Shown here in pieces: positions 1 through 14,304 of a stretch of 64,000 nt of DNA. The notes below the pieces were generated by a model that searched no databases, was not told where the DNA came from, and saw only the letters and a list, made by a program, of their open reading frames with translations. The DNA lies in assembly GCF_000150275.1 (NCBI RefSeq), contig NW_002060968.1, positions 715,788-779,787 on the forward strand, written 5' to 3'. The DNA comes from Trichoplax adhaerens (Eukaryota; Animalia; Placozoa). How positions within the stretch are numbered: the first letter of the stretch is position 1; every line of letters begins with the position of its first letter. The position numbers and the translations under genes were made by a program.

Positions 1-1077
1 AATACTATTTGTCACAGGATTATTGGGAGTAAGATCGCCATTTTTTGTCATAGTATTCGTTCTCCGCATTGAACTAACACTATCATTGCGAAATTTGAAA
101 CTTAACATGTCATGACGCCTATGTGAATGCTTACTTAAACGGCGCTCTAATTCAGTTACTACTAAATCATTTTTAATACCAAATAAATAAAAAAATCCGA
201 AACGAAAAGATTTACTGTAGGCAATGCATACTATCGGATTATGGCATGAATTAAATAATGCAAACCATTTACACACTCCCAAAATAATACCCAATTCTGG
301 TGCATTTAATGGCCGAAATATAAGTATTGTTATGATACTTGAATAAGGCAACCAACACAAAATACTTAATAGTAGCATGGTAACTAACATATTAACAACA
401 TTTTGATTAGTTTTAAGTGACGCTTTACTGGAAACTTTACCATTTTTCTTATAATGCTTCATATGATAGTAAATAGCAGCATAGATTAATAATGTTAAGA
501 TAAAAGGGATGGCGTGTGTTAGAGTTTGTGACATGTAATAACCTCTCGCGAATGGACCTGAATCATTCCATTTAGGCCGACACTGATTCACTGCAATTGC
601 ATCCTGTGAGAACATATCGACGTGCATCTTCATAAATAATGGTGCATTCGACGCAATTGCTAATAACCATACAATGAAAATGACAATAAATGCTCCTCTT
701 TCATGCAATTGTTGTCTTAGTGGATGAACGATAGCCACATAGCGAGCAGCAGCCATGGCTAACATTTGAAATATAGATACTGTGAACAAGATTTTTTCAG
801 CGGCAGGCATAATGAAACATAGAAATGCACCTAATGGCCAGCGCACAAAGATATAAGCACATAGACGATAAGGGATAACTAACAAGGCAATAAAGAAGTC
901 TGCTATGGCTAAATTGCAGATAAAGATATTGGTCACATTTTTTAATCTTCCGGTTGTATTTTGCGTGACCACAATTAGTAACGTTAAATTACCTAAAATA
1001 GCCAAGATCATGGTAGTCGCGTATAAACTGGTAAAGAGTATAATTTCCCATACTCTTGCACCTAACCAGATGTCCAT
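1..1077 (-). CDS. Intronless rhodopsin-like (class A) GPCR, peptide/neuropeptide receptor-like; C-terminus runs off the window edge
   Basis: Open frame from ATG at 1077 to base 1: MDIWLGARVWEIILFTSLYATTMILAILGNLTLLIVV (TM1 GN), NIFICNLAIADFF (TM2 LAxxD), WPLGAFLC (ECL1), AARYVAIVHPL (DRY as ARY), LCWLPY (TM6 CWxP), FNSCHNPIVC (TM7). In-frame stop upstream of the ATG. Probably absent from the ORF track because no stop codon lies in the window. Confidence 0.95.
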   Translation of the reverse strand, partial: MDIWLGARVWEIILFTSLYATTMILAILGNLTLLIVVTQNTTGRLKNVTNIFICNLAIADFFIALLVIPYRLCAYIFVRWPLGAFLCFIMPAAEKILFTVSIFQMLAMAAARYVAIVHPLRQQLHERGAFIVIFIVWLLAIASNAPLFMKMHVDMFSQDAIAVNQCRPKWNDSGPFARGYYMSQTLTHAIPFILTLLIYAAIYYHMKHYKKNGKVSSKASLKTNQNVVNMLVTMLLLSILCWLPYSSIITILIFRPLNAPELGIILGVCKWFALFNSCHNPIVCIAYSKSFRFGFFYLFGIKNDLVVTELERRLSKHSHRRHDMLSFKFRNDSVSSMRRTNTMTKNGDLTPNNPVTNSI

Positions 1078-4000
1078 TATCAAATCGAGTGGTATGTATC
1101 TCTTAATGAGGATTAAACACTTTTTTAACGTTGAAAACTACTTGACTATAGTAATTTTTTGGCAAGACTTATTAATGATTTAAGTAGCTTTTAACTTGTC
1201 ATCAAAATGATAGTAACGCTTTTATAATATTGACATCCAAATCTTGGCAATAATTGATGGTGGTATAAGAATTTCTATTCCGATCGGATTAAATTTATAA
1301 ATAGCTTTAAATTCGAATTGAAAACATCAACGCAAATTGATAGTAGTTAAATTTATATTTAGACTGAATCAACACATAAGCAATCTCATATTTCTGATTT
1401 GGCGCACAGCTACTCAATACAGTACGTTGCTTTAGCGAAGATCGCTGTTGATAAAACGTACGTTATTTACCTTTTCAGCGTTAGTATTTCTACTGGTTCG
1501 CTTTTAACCAAGTCCGACCTAAAAGATATCAATTGATTGATTCAAAAACGAAGGGATAAGATAAATTTATTAAAAAATGCTTTATTTTAGATTTGAATGA
1601 AAATTTAAATCCAAGTAAAGCTCTGATCAAGCCTTAAATAATCAAGACACAGCAATTCAACTTACTTTATGACAAATTATCTATGTAATCTATACTTTTG
1701 ATAAATCAAGTATAAGTGAACAGGAAGATTGGATTTTATTCGTTGATTTTAGATAGAGTCTAACAAGGTTATGTCAGTTTGTCTGAAAGGGTTTTGTTTC
1801 AAATGATCTGTCTTAAGACGGTTGCACCTATTTCTATCGGAATGAAATAGGGCAATTTTACTTCAAAGTGGAGATGACGGATGTTTACCATCGCTTGGGT
1901 TATCTATTTACAAATAAAATAGGCATGATGTTGACGTTATAGTTGACTCAATACAACTTTGAAGCTATCAATAGCAATCAGGGGCTGTATATGTTAATAC
2001 AAGTAGAAGTGCGTCAACAAGCAGACGTGGAGAATAGGTATTGTTATAAATTGATTGTATAATTCGTTTACCACTTGAGTCAATTCTTAAACCTCTTTTG
2101 CGATAAGTTACAATTGATTTAAGTTGTTTATTTCAATATCCAATAGCATTGATAGCCATCAATAGGATTGGAACTAATCTATTGTCGTGATATAGTGCTG
2201 AGAAAAACGTTGATCGTCATCAATACCAATTTCTCTGTTTTATACTAAACATTGGGCTCATATCGATCAGGCATCAAATTGTAAATTTATGAATTCATTT
2301 TAACTATACTTTTATTTCCTTCTCTTGCCCTTATTGACAAGGATGTATTATCTAGTATTTAAGACGTAATCAATTGTGACGCTATAATGCAAGTATGCTG
2401 TAACACTGACAAGTTCAAAGCAAGCAGATGTATTAAAATTATAAAAACAATAAGTTAAATGGTAGTTGATTGTCATTTGCGATTTAACTCCACTATATTA
2501 AGCTAATGCACTCATAGTAGCTTGCACGCAAAATAGTAACTAGATTCACATTTCATTGACAATATGAAATAGATCACTTACTATTTAATTCTAAATGATG
2601 TGTACAGTGCGGCATGTAAAGAATACATCCATTTTAATTCATAGAAAAACTCCTTACTACGCGCATATATAGTATTAGCTCTAAGTATTCTAGAAAGAGA
2701 AACAGATAAACTTGACTTCTTATATTTAGTTATGCTGACTATACGATATCGGCTACTTGTCTGGGGGTATGATATTGGATAAGTTTATAATTTATAACTA
2801 ATCGCTTGATAACACCTAATGAAAGTAGCTATGACTTGCTCGATGGAAAACATTGCATACACTTTTATTAGTTTTGCTGATACATTTACAAAGCTAGCGT
2901 AGTTTAGATATACAAATCATAAAGTAATAAACTTTATCGTAAACTATCCTAAGTTTATAAGACCTAACCTAATAATTTATAAATTGACTGATGTAAAACA
3001 TTTATTAGCATTCATATAGATTAATGGCGGTCTATTCTGTCTAAAATTGCTTTTATTTCCGATGATATATTATCATCATAAATCTTTCTAACATGATTAC
3101 GTTTATTAATGTGTAGCGTCTTTAAATTATATTAACGGCAATAGTTCTAGTTAGAAGGAAAGCCTTTATTTCCCTAACTTAGCTTACTTCTATCGAACTG
3201 CTATCCCATTTTTTACATAATAATCTTTCTATAACATATAGTCTTGATGATATTTAAGTGCATCAATAGCAGAAAAAACTTAGAGGATGTGAGTATGCCT
3301 AAGACTACTCATGTTAAGATTTACTCAAGATAGTTCTATATACATTGCGTATTAATGAATAATTTCTTCGTTCGTATTATCCTATTTATCTATAATATTG
3401 ATGGTAAAATAATGAATTGCTTCATTAGTATCTTATTAAACGATTTCTACACTCAATTTGCTAACTGAATAAAAACCTGAGGCGGATTCAAGGAAAACCT
3501 AAAAAGGAAGTAGATGTCTTCGGTCTAATGATTTTCAATTTGCAAAATTCTATCATTGAGATGATGTAATTAATAGCTCACTATGACCCTAGTAGTTAGG
3601 GCAATACGAATCAATGCAATAATTCTTAGACAGATCGCTTTATGGAGATTTATGCTGATATACAGTTCGTTAATATCGACCAGATTAATTCTGCAAAATA
3701 TTATTATCTCAATTTTAGTCTGTAAAAGATTTTGTTTATGTTGAGTGTAGAAACTTAGGATGCACAGACTAATAATTTTGAAATTTCGCCCAAGAAACTC
3801 TTTAAATATTATGATGTATAAGGGCTATTAATTATTTTCGAATAAAACCATCAAAAATCAATGGTAAACATACCTTGCAAATATCCTAAAGTACTTAAAA
3901 GTGATAATAAATATTTCAATTTTTGATCGCAAGAAATCATGTTGACAAAAATCCTACTGAAAATTTCGATTTTTGACAGAAGGTAAATGATATATCTATT

Positions 4001-7000
4001 ACTGGTCAGAAGTTATTTGTCAGTTTATCTTAAGTATATTTCGATTATAAGTCAGTTTACTGATCAATATCTAATTTCAATTTCTGTTGATATTCATATA
4101 GTATGTGTGTTTACGAGTTAAAGCTAAAATAAGCTGATTCTTTGATATTTATGAAAAAATCAATTCATGCTAATCATCATTACTCCGTAAAAAAGCTTTT
4201 ACATTCCATAGGATTGGGTTCCTAGCAGAGCCTTACGCACATATTTAGGACAGTAAATATCCTGTAGGTAATGTAGGATGGTTGACTGATTTACGACCTT
4301 CGTGACAGGAAGGTTTGTAACAATGATTATTAAAATATTAAACAAAGATAGTAATAATACTCCGCGAATTAAGGTAATCGCACATCAAATCGAGGCATAA
4401 TTTTTGTTAAAGTCTCTAAATTTTAGTACACAACTATTATTTCACATTTTAAAGGTATTTGTTGAAGACAATCTAATATATAAATACGTATAGAGAAAAT
4501 AATAAGTCATTTCGGGATATTAATTAGTGCTTTTGTAGAATAATAGGAAAATTGACGAGCTTTGGGTTCAATTTGTAATGGAAGAAATTATAAGAAAGCC
4601 AACAAACTGATGTAATTAAAATTCCATATGCCCGACAATGAATCCTTTGCGAGCATGATCAAAACGTTTCGTACACCGCGGAAGAACCTTTCTTTCTTAT
4701 TATTACTTTATTAACCATAGAATAGATACTATCAAATTCTGGCTAATATTTTTGTGTATAATACTAATACTAATATTTTTGTATATAATACAATATTAAA
4801 ATGACTTTAATACAATGTAAAACCAACAGGGATTCTAAATTAGATATAAAGAACTTCTAACATTTTCTTAAAATTGAGTCAAACTGATACGAAAGAATTT
4901 AAATTTCAGATAAAAGAGAGATGCAAACATTTATGTATTCCTGAATCTTAGTTCATAGTCTATAGTAAATTTCATAGATGATTAACGATAGATTACAACG
5001 TTAGTTTGGAATTATAACTCGTAAACGTGATTATTAGTACCTTCCAGCTAGTCAATGATAAATAAAAAAATTTTATATCGCCTATTTGTTAATAAAAGCA
5101 ATAAAGTCATCAAAATATCACAAAAGTAAATATTGCTGTATGCTATGCTAATAATCACAGTGTTGATATCGGAAACAGAAGGCCTTATTATGTTTGTTCA
5201 CTATCTGCATTTAATTGATTACGATTACAAACACATAATTTAGCTTAGAATTAACACGCAACGTTCTACAAAATTTAAAGTATTTTCCTTATTCACGAAT
5301 AGTAATAGAAGATTTATAAGCACGCAAGTTATCGATAGCAAATTTCATCTAGACTTTCATTTCTTGCATAAACGAATTAATAGCGAAGAAATGAAGTACA
5401 GTCAAGGCGCTAAGTTTGAAAACAATTAATGCTGTACTTGATATTAGGACGGAAATCAAAAAATAGTTAAATACTCTAGGATAGCCAACTTCGCACTACT
5501 GATTAAATAAGCTGAAAAGTAATAACTTTATGAAGAATATGGAAATATATTGTCTACAGTTGAAAGTGCAACATGCCGATCAACGAGAGAAAAACAATGA
5601 AAATTGTTGACGCATTAATATGAAACCGTAACAATACACTAAATATTCTAGAAATTGAAAATAAGGTTAATAGATTTCAATGACGTCCAATAAAGGAACA
5701 GAAACGGTATGTATTTTTTTAGGAATTATGTACAAACAACGTGCAATAGTCAACTAGTCAATAACAATAATTAATTAAATCCGTAGTTAGGGTGGGCCCA
5801 ACTAGTAATCAGTCTGGAATTGAAATATTATTGTTCTATAACCTCAGCAAACATAATTAACTGTTCTTTATGTTGAAAATATAGCAAAATTCAGAAGAGG
5901 CAATAAAAAATTCATTCACTTTGGATACGGCAATAATTTCTATTGCGTATGTTAAACTAATATTAATTGAAGACCGGAACCTTTAAATTTAATATATAGA
6001 TAATAACCAGTGTTTGAAGTGCTTAGATTAGGATTACTGTCATTATTCATATAACATCTTGGTTGAGTTTAGTAAAATTAATTAATCGTATATGTGCCTT
6101 TAAATTCGTGAATGTAAAAAATGAATGTGTAAATAAGATTTGCATCTTCAAGAAGAGCCTGTGAAGTTTCATCTTTATGAATAGAATATTTCATTGAAGT
6201 ATATTAGTTTTTTTAATATTCAAAAAGATTAGATTTGTACTAGCCACTTTTACGTAACTGAGTTATTAAGAGGAATCAGAGAAGAAACTAATATTTTATA
6301 TATAAAAATGAACTGAGATGCAAGAACTTTTCGAATACGGTATGATCGAAGTCTCATCCTTACGAATGAAAATTTATGTTACATTGCTAAAATATTTATC
6401 GATTTAAGCCAATTATATTGACTGCAATTCCTATTAATTTTTAAATTTAGCAATGATACAATCAATTCTTTATAATATATGGTACGGCAGTCTCTATAGA
6501 TTGATATGATTCAGTATATTACATGTTCAGCTTGACATGGTTTTTTAAGTCGCTAAACAAAATACTGCACTATGTTTAATGTTATTTTCAAGTCTCTAAC
6601 GACTGAAACTGTCACCCAGTAACTACGGCTATAAATTCCTACTGAATTTAATCATGATTAAGCGTACCTCTTTCTTCCTTTTATATCATGCTCGAATAAA
6701 TATCGTATGGATTTATGGGATTAACGTATGCCTACTGCTATAATATGATCATTGTGACCAACTAAATTACAGCCATAGCGCTTTTTGTGTAACTATTTAG
6801 GGATAAAATAATCTTTACGTAATTATGCAAAGTGAAGATGTTTCATGATGTGGGTAAAAATTTGCATGATTATTACATAATATAAATTTCAAAGTTAATA
6901 TCTAGTTTGACTTGTGAAACCAGTCTTGTGTGTCTGGGAAACGGCTCCTAAGAGAACATGGCCCCTAAATTTATTTTCTTTATAACTTAAATGTAATCTT

Positions 7001-10000
7001 CGAGCTATTCCCATTTTCCACAATTCTCAAGCAAAATAAATAAATCATATTTTTCAATTACTCGAAACAAACACTCCCTGAAATAGTTTTCTGAGCTATG
7101 ATTAAAATGCAGTAAAATCAGATTAGACCGATAGAATCACTTGGAAACTATCATGATTTCTTTCCACATTTTTGTCAATAGTAAAGAATCGAATTTGTTG
7201 ACTAAAACTTTATTAGACTGACAAGCAGTCACATTATATATGTTTATGGCAAAGATTATCAAAGACTATACGGATATATTGCAGTTTTTGATAAAGAAAA
7301 CTAATCCCTAGAATAAAAAAATTTAAGAAGAAGTCGAAGCTTTCGCGATGTTATTGTCATACTGTTTTTTTCTTGACACTTTTTCACAGATTTGAAAGTT
7401 TAAATAAAAACTATAGCATTTACAGTACTGTATCTATTCCTATAATCGACATATGAAAGTAATCTTTCTTCTATTGGCATTGTTATATTACGTAAAGCCG
7501 TAAATTTACGATAAATACTTTAATTAAAAATTTCTTAAGAACTGAGCTCTCAAGATGGGTATTAGCCTCTGTTTTTGATCTTGATGTCATGGAATTCCTA
7601 TTACGGAAAGTGCTGGCATTTTCATAACGGATTTTGGGAGTATTATCAGAGAATTAAGCCCAAAATCTCATAACTGCGAATAATGACTTCATGTATAATT
7701 TAGTGCAGCGGTATGATTAAATTGGCTTTTATAAATATGAAAACCCCTTAGCCTCAATATTAATTTATTATCGTATCAGTCGAACTATTGCACCAACCAT
7801 AATTCAGTTTCTACAGTTCATATACTATATGCCTGCTATTCCCATAAATTTCATAGTTTGTTCGGCAATTCCGTAATGAAGGTTAAAAATACATTTAAAT
7901 GGACAATTGGCGTACTGGTACTTATAATTAGCATAGTTATCTAACTGGCACCAGGCAATTTTACTTTTCGGTTAAGTGAACAGAAGAAACGAATCCTATT
8001 GCACTGTTTCAGAACTTTTCCCAATACCTAACTAATCATATAATGATATTACCAATACACTTAAATTTGAATTTTTTAATTTGAATTATTGAAATTATGG
8101 CATTTTACGAGTACATTATCTATAACAGTTTTGAATAAAGAATTCAAGTGAAGCAACTTGCTGTCTTTAAAGATTTAAATGAAGTAGTATACAGATTTGG
8201 AAGTTAATAGATAGTACCGTATTCATCCAGACATTTATCTAGCCCATTATGTGTTTATAAGAAAATTTGAGGTTCCATATTGTAAATTTCTCCAAGTAAA
8301 TTACTCGTAGTAAAGGTTACCGCATTAGCTTAATTACTTTTCCAGCTACTTAAAATTCCACCAATTTAACCTGGACCATTTTTTTAGCTATCTAAATTTT
8401 ACAATTTAATTGTTCTAGAGTCTAGTTCGAATAAAATTTGATTGTTTAAATGACTGCCACAATGCTATTGAAATATAGAATCAGGTTAAATCAAAGGCTC
8501 AATAACAGACCATATCTAATTTGATTTTTATAGAAGCAAAAAGTTCGATATAAAAAATTCTGATATTATCGAAAAATTTTTCAAATTCAGTATTCCGGTA
8601 CTAATATTGTGATAAGTGTTCAGTTCTTGAAACATTTTATATAATTCGTTATTCATTCTATGGATGACTTTTACTGAATATATTTTATAAGACAGCATGA
8701 AATTACTTCGGATGAGAGTATGATTTACTGGAGTAACTGAAGATTGACATTTTTAAGCAGTTTCTATTAGAGTATAGAATCTAGAAAAATCTTCTTAAAA
8801 GTACATTCATTATTAAAAGTATTAGTACTGTAACGATAAAGAGAATTTGAGAATGTATTTAATATTTGGAACCATGAAAATTAAAATAACTAAAAAAAAT
8901 AATCTGTAGACTGTAAAAAATACTTTGTAGAAAGGACTGATTATAATTATCAATACAACTCTGATTAATTGGATATGAAAGCAATTAGAACGGTCTTGAA
9001 AAATTCTCTGTAAATATTGGTAGTGATACATGATCATGCATCAATAAATATATAGGCTCGCGAGGATAAATAGAATTTTTTATAGACTATAGGCTCATCA
9101 AAAAAATACGATATATAAGTAATGACTAGAAAGGTCACAGTTTTTCCAGTAGCTGATGCAATATTAATTTCGTGTCCGTCAAGCTGCAAGAGACCAATCA
9201 TACATGCATCATCATACTATTCTCTAGTTGGAATTTTTAGCGTTGCATTCTAGTTTACTGATCTATCTAAGAATTTGTGGGTGAGATTATTTATTGTTAT
9301 GATGAATAGGTTAACTTATTTCAATAACATCGTCTATAAGATATATATGATTTCTGAATTCTTGTCAATTAAAGTTAGGCCAACAAAGGAAAAATTTTCC
9401 ATTGTTTTTATATAGCAGCGTTAATATCTTCCTTTATCAGGTGATCTTTATTTTAAGGAATTAATGACTAAACCAGTCAGGCATAATACTTTTCTTCTCA
9501 ATGTACGAATAAACTTTTAAAATAGAATAAAATTGATTCTTCTTTTTAACTGCGAATCTGGATTACTAGTAATGTCTAGTTGTCATCATTCAAGTATTTT
9601 AAAAGACATCAAGCTGTTGTCAAAAGAGCAACTTTTTTCAAATCAGAAAAGAAATCAATTTATTTGTAACTGAGTAATGTAGTAGAAATTATAAATACAT
9701 TTCCATTACTGATTTGGTGAAATTTAAGAATCTGCAAAGTATACTTTAATTTTCGAGTCGTAATATAATTTCAAAGATAGGATATCCTCGCTTCTAGTAG
9801 TTGGTTGGAATTTGGATCAATTCTAATTCTGTACTGATTTATATAAAATGATAGTATTGCTAATGAATTTGTATATGTAAGGAAAATAGAGCAAATTGAC
9901 TATATAATTCAATTTATTATCTGGTAACATTCTAGGTACTATACAAATGAAATTACTTATGATTCTACTATAATGGTACTGATTTAGCAACATGACCCGT

Positions 10001-10138
10001 CAAGTCTATAGCATAGACGAAAAAATTTGATTTAACCAAGTCGTAACGTTTATTTAACCAGTTTTATGAATACCAGGTGATGATGAAGCAGTTGTTGACA
10101 ATTTAATAGTACTGTATGAATATTTAGTTTAGGATCAT

Positions 10139-10768
10139 TGTCACAAAACAGCTTTGCAACAAGATAACGTAATCTACGATCAATAAGTCAATTCCTTGAA
10201 CCACGTATCAAGGAACGATATCTGCACTATCACAGGCACTTTTGCTCTACTAGCAGACTACACAAAGACTTAAACGCCTCGTATTTTACGTTAAACACTA
10301 AGTTTGAGAATTCTCTTTATTTCACGATATACTGCATTTATATACTATTCCTTAATAGTTCATGAGTCATAGTTAGTACGATTAACTTTGGAATCATTTA
10401 CTGAATTAGATATTAATTTTAGCTACTGCTCCCTTAATGCAGACAACAATATTTACCAATATAGACATGTAATGACTAATACAGAATAGTCAGATTACGA
10501 TATGTCCTATCACGGAACATTTCCATGATAATTTACAATCTACCATAAGTAAGTTACAATCACAATGATTGGAACTGTAAGTAGATGATTTGCATTCCCT
10601 ATTATAACTATTAATTTCAGTATGTGTATAAGTGTCACTGAGATAAAAAGTCAGAGCTATATTAAAACACAGTATATCCAAATTAGAAGTCAACTAAATA
10701 AGGATAGTCTAACAGAATTATCCTAACATAGTTATTTCTACACTAATACAGTATATAATACTGTAACA
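10139..10768. mobile_element. Solo-LTR-like element, family A copy 1
   Basis: Starts TGTCACAAAACAGC, ends TGTAACA; ~630 bp near-identical to 16170-16938 and 58870-59499. Flanks ATCAT/ATTAC give only a degenerate TSD. Confidence 0.8.
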
Positions 10769-11054
10769 ATTACCTATAGCCTTTCATGAATTTCCACTCT
10801 TCGTTACTCATAAAATTTTTCTAGCTATTATTAGTTGAGTATTACAGCAGCTCTTGTCTTTTAAATTCAGACATTTCCATACAATAAGCAAAACGAAAAA
10901 TATCTGACAAACCAAGATGTTGTGTTTTCTTAATAATTTTTATGAATTCTAGGAGATGAGGAGGCGATTGGAAAAAACTTCATGATATGAATATTTAATT
11001 TAACATTACGATACTCTTATTAATAAATCTCTACACTTGATCGCTCATAAAATT

Positions 11055-11415
11055 GTTCTAGCTTAATTTATGTACAAATGCAGCGATGAGAAATCAAACA
11101 GTTGAAAGCTATTAGATGATAATTCATTTCCAACTTAATCAAACAAAATATCCATAGCCCAATTTATGTACAATTTCAGCGATAAAAAATCTACCGTATG
11201 ATTGCTATTATTTAATGATTAATTTCCATACCTCAACCAAATAGAAATTACTTTTTAGTTTAACTTATCTACGAATAACTTAATGAGAAATCTAATGGAT
11301 GATTGCTAATAGTTGATGATTAATTTCCCTACTTAATTAAACAGAAACTAATTCTAGCTTTATTTATGCACGAATACAGCGATAAAAAATTTTACGAATA
11401 CTATTAGTTGATGAT
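11055..11415. repeat. Degenerate tandem repeat, ~100-bp unit, ~3.5 copies
   Basis: Recurring aatttatg(t/c)ac...cagcgat(g/a)a(g/a)aaat...gctatta...gatgattaatttcc motif. Confidence 0.7.
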
Positions 11416-14304
11416 TAGTACGATAGCTCTTGACAGTAAAATTCTAATATTTTCGCCTTATAAGTCGAATAATACTAGTGTAAGTAGCTTGATTTGAAAT
11501 TGAGTTCTACTTTTGACTTTTGATCAGTAGAAGAAAATAATTATAACCGTAAATGAAATAAAATAGCGACTAGCGTGTTGACTTTCAATCCCTAACTGAA
11601 ATAAACACCTTGAATAATGAACGAAATAGCAACAATGACTTCATCCGCTCATTTGCTAATTATTAACGACTAGTATTTGATATTGCGTAGGACTACAATG
11701 AAGATTAAGATGGTGCTGCATTTATTAAAGTAAATAAATAAACATTAATTTAATAATGATTTTATATCGATTGGTTTTATGTCAAGTCGATGTAGAAATT
11801 AGCTTTCTACGGTTGTATGACATTTAAAATAGAAATGTACCTGAACGCTTAATGACTGTTGTTGATCGAAAATTTAACATTTTTGCTTATGGTGTTCATA
11901 GCATCATCAAAGTTTACTAGAGTTTAGGTCAAGACATTAAGAGATGAGAAATGTAAATATTCAAAGGTAATTATATAAGTGCAAACCCTCAAATATAACT
12001 GCAGTTAGTGAAAGTTTACGCAGTTAGATCTCTGCAGTAATAGTTGATCATTTCCTTTGTTATTGCATTCCAAAATTGAGAAATTTAAATGTTCAAAGGC
12101 CGGTATATAAGTGTAAGCCATCCAAGTACGGTTGCAAGTAGTATAATGGAGCACATCTATACTATTACGGCACTGCAAAGATGTTCTAAGTACCGAATAA
12201 ACTGTCAGGCTATGTTTAATTTAGGTTATATAGATCAGGCATGTAGTTTATTTTGCCTAATTTATAACTCATGAAATCAGTGTGTTAATGTTGGCTAAAT
12301 TATGTCTTAAGCAATGAGACAAACTACTATCAGCAAGAAGAATAGTTATCTATATCTATCTTTTATAGATGGTCTCTTTAATTTATCCGAATTAATGGTA
12401 GTAAATTAACCATCTGCATACACACTAGAACTTTCATTTATGATTCTATTGTCCTTGCCCCTTTTTACGTTGATAGGGAAATGGCTAACTATGACGTAGA
12501 GTTTCGTCCTTAAAATTATCTTACAATAATGATTCAAGATTAGTCAATTTTGTTTAATTTGTTAAGATGAACCAGGAAATCAGTCCCCAAATTTATCCAA
12601 TACCATTATATATTCAGTGCGTAAAATATATTTATGGTCTGATAATTTCCGATATTGAAAACTGAGACTAAGAAACGACAAAATGTAAAAGTTACAGAAT
12701 TTGATTTATAGCTGCTCATTAATATCATTCCTAACATTCTTAGAACTTTTAATTCCAATTAAAGAAACTTAGCCCTCTACTATTGGATTTACTTTAATCA
12801 ATACCGGTAGCAGATATCGTATGACATGAGCTTTCTATCATTGAAGGTGGCTTTAGGAACTACAGTACAATAATGGTGTTGGATAATCTAAAAGAACAAA
12901 CAGCACGATTTTCATCAGTTATTACAGGGTGTTATTGATATTGATTTAGTAAAAGGATGATCTTTATGTCGATACAAGACGTTGATAATTTCGAGCTTGA
13001 GTATTTCTTAAAAATAGGATAAGATTGATAAACTATTACGGTTTCTAGCACACAGTAGATGTTTAAGGAATGAATAATTTTAATAATTTCCTGAACGCTA
13101 CATTTTGTTCAGTAATTTTGTTCGTCGAAGTCAATTACGTAATTATGATTTGCAATACCATTAAGAGAGCTCTATCATGAATTTTTGAAAAGGAAAGCTT
13201 CTACATATATTTGGATAAATTTAAGACGCTTAAATATAGTGAATTAGTATTTTAATTAAGTAATAAAATTTCTTACCAAAGTACTTCAATTTAATTATGT
13301 CGAAATGGCATGAACTTTGATGGTCCAGAAGACTTTGAGTACGTTTTGCATAAGAAAATCAATATTATTGAACATAGCTTGATCTATCGGAAGGATTCAT
13401 GATTCTTATTATATCCGGTGATTTTATGGCATGACATTCAGAAATACTTCATCTGTCAGTAATTGAAACAGCAAAGAATAAATAGCAAAATATCAGAAAG
13501 TACCTTTTTGTATGCAGAAAACATTGGGAAATTAACATGACTAATAACACTTTCCGGCTATATGACAGCTACGAACAGTGAGTGCTTTTCCAATAATAGA
13601 TTAAAATTTTTCTGAATAAGATAAATCCAGTCCACTAATTTATTAAACGATCTAAATTAATTTATATATCAAATTAAGCGATACATTCGCTCTTGTTTAT
13701 GATTCTAGTGCTAAGTATCAACCATCTTTACAGACGATAATACACATGATTAAGGACGAGATAACCATTTAAGGCAGTCAATGAAGGCATTCTCCCAAAT
13801 TAATTAAATCAATTCCTTTGTTGTTATTACCAAGAACGAACCTACTATCATCAGTATTGGCCATTAAAACTGCTTTTCGTTTAGATTGACAGTGACTGTC
13901 AGTGCAATTAGGTTAGTTGATACTTTTACTATTCTATTCATTTAAGTTATAATGATATTGGTACCATATTCTGTTGGTTGTTCTTGAAGTGAGATAAATT
14001 GAATTTTTGTTGTTTGCTTACCAGCAGGTATTGAAAGATTTAATATTCAACAAAGTAAGCTATTCAATAAAATTAGCTGATTTGGAGGGGGGATATTGCT
14101 ACAGATTTAAATTTCTCGAAACGGACTATTTAAGCAAAGCCAAGCTAGCACGTATGATTTGAGTTTCTGCTTATTCTAAGTTATGGAGCATATTGTAAAT
14201 CTGATTTCAGATTTTAATTTTCTGGAACAAACTCACTACTTCAGAGTATTAAATATTGAGGACAGGTCATGATTAATAATAATAAGATAGAGCACATGCT
14301 TGAA

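Noticed and set aside
905-1183. 92-aa + strand ORF
   Set aside because: Antisense shadow of the GPCR coding region.
4290-4322. LTR-like terminus (...cgtgacaggaaggtttgtaaca)
   Set aside because: No matching opposite end or TSD could be found.
10490-10693. 'Conserved' Cys-containing 63-67 aa ORF, also at 16521 and 59221
   Set aside because: The similarity comes from the family A repeat copies. There are no ATG starts and no protein-like features.
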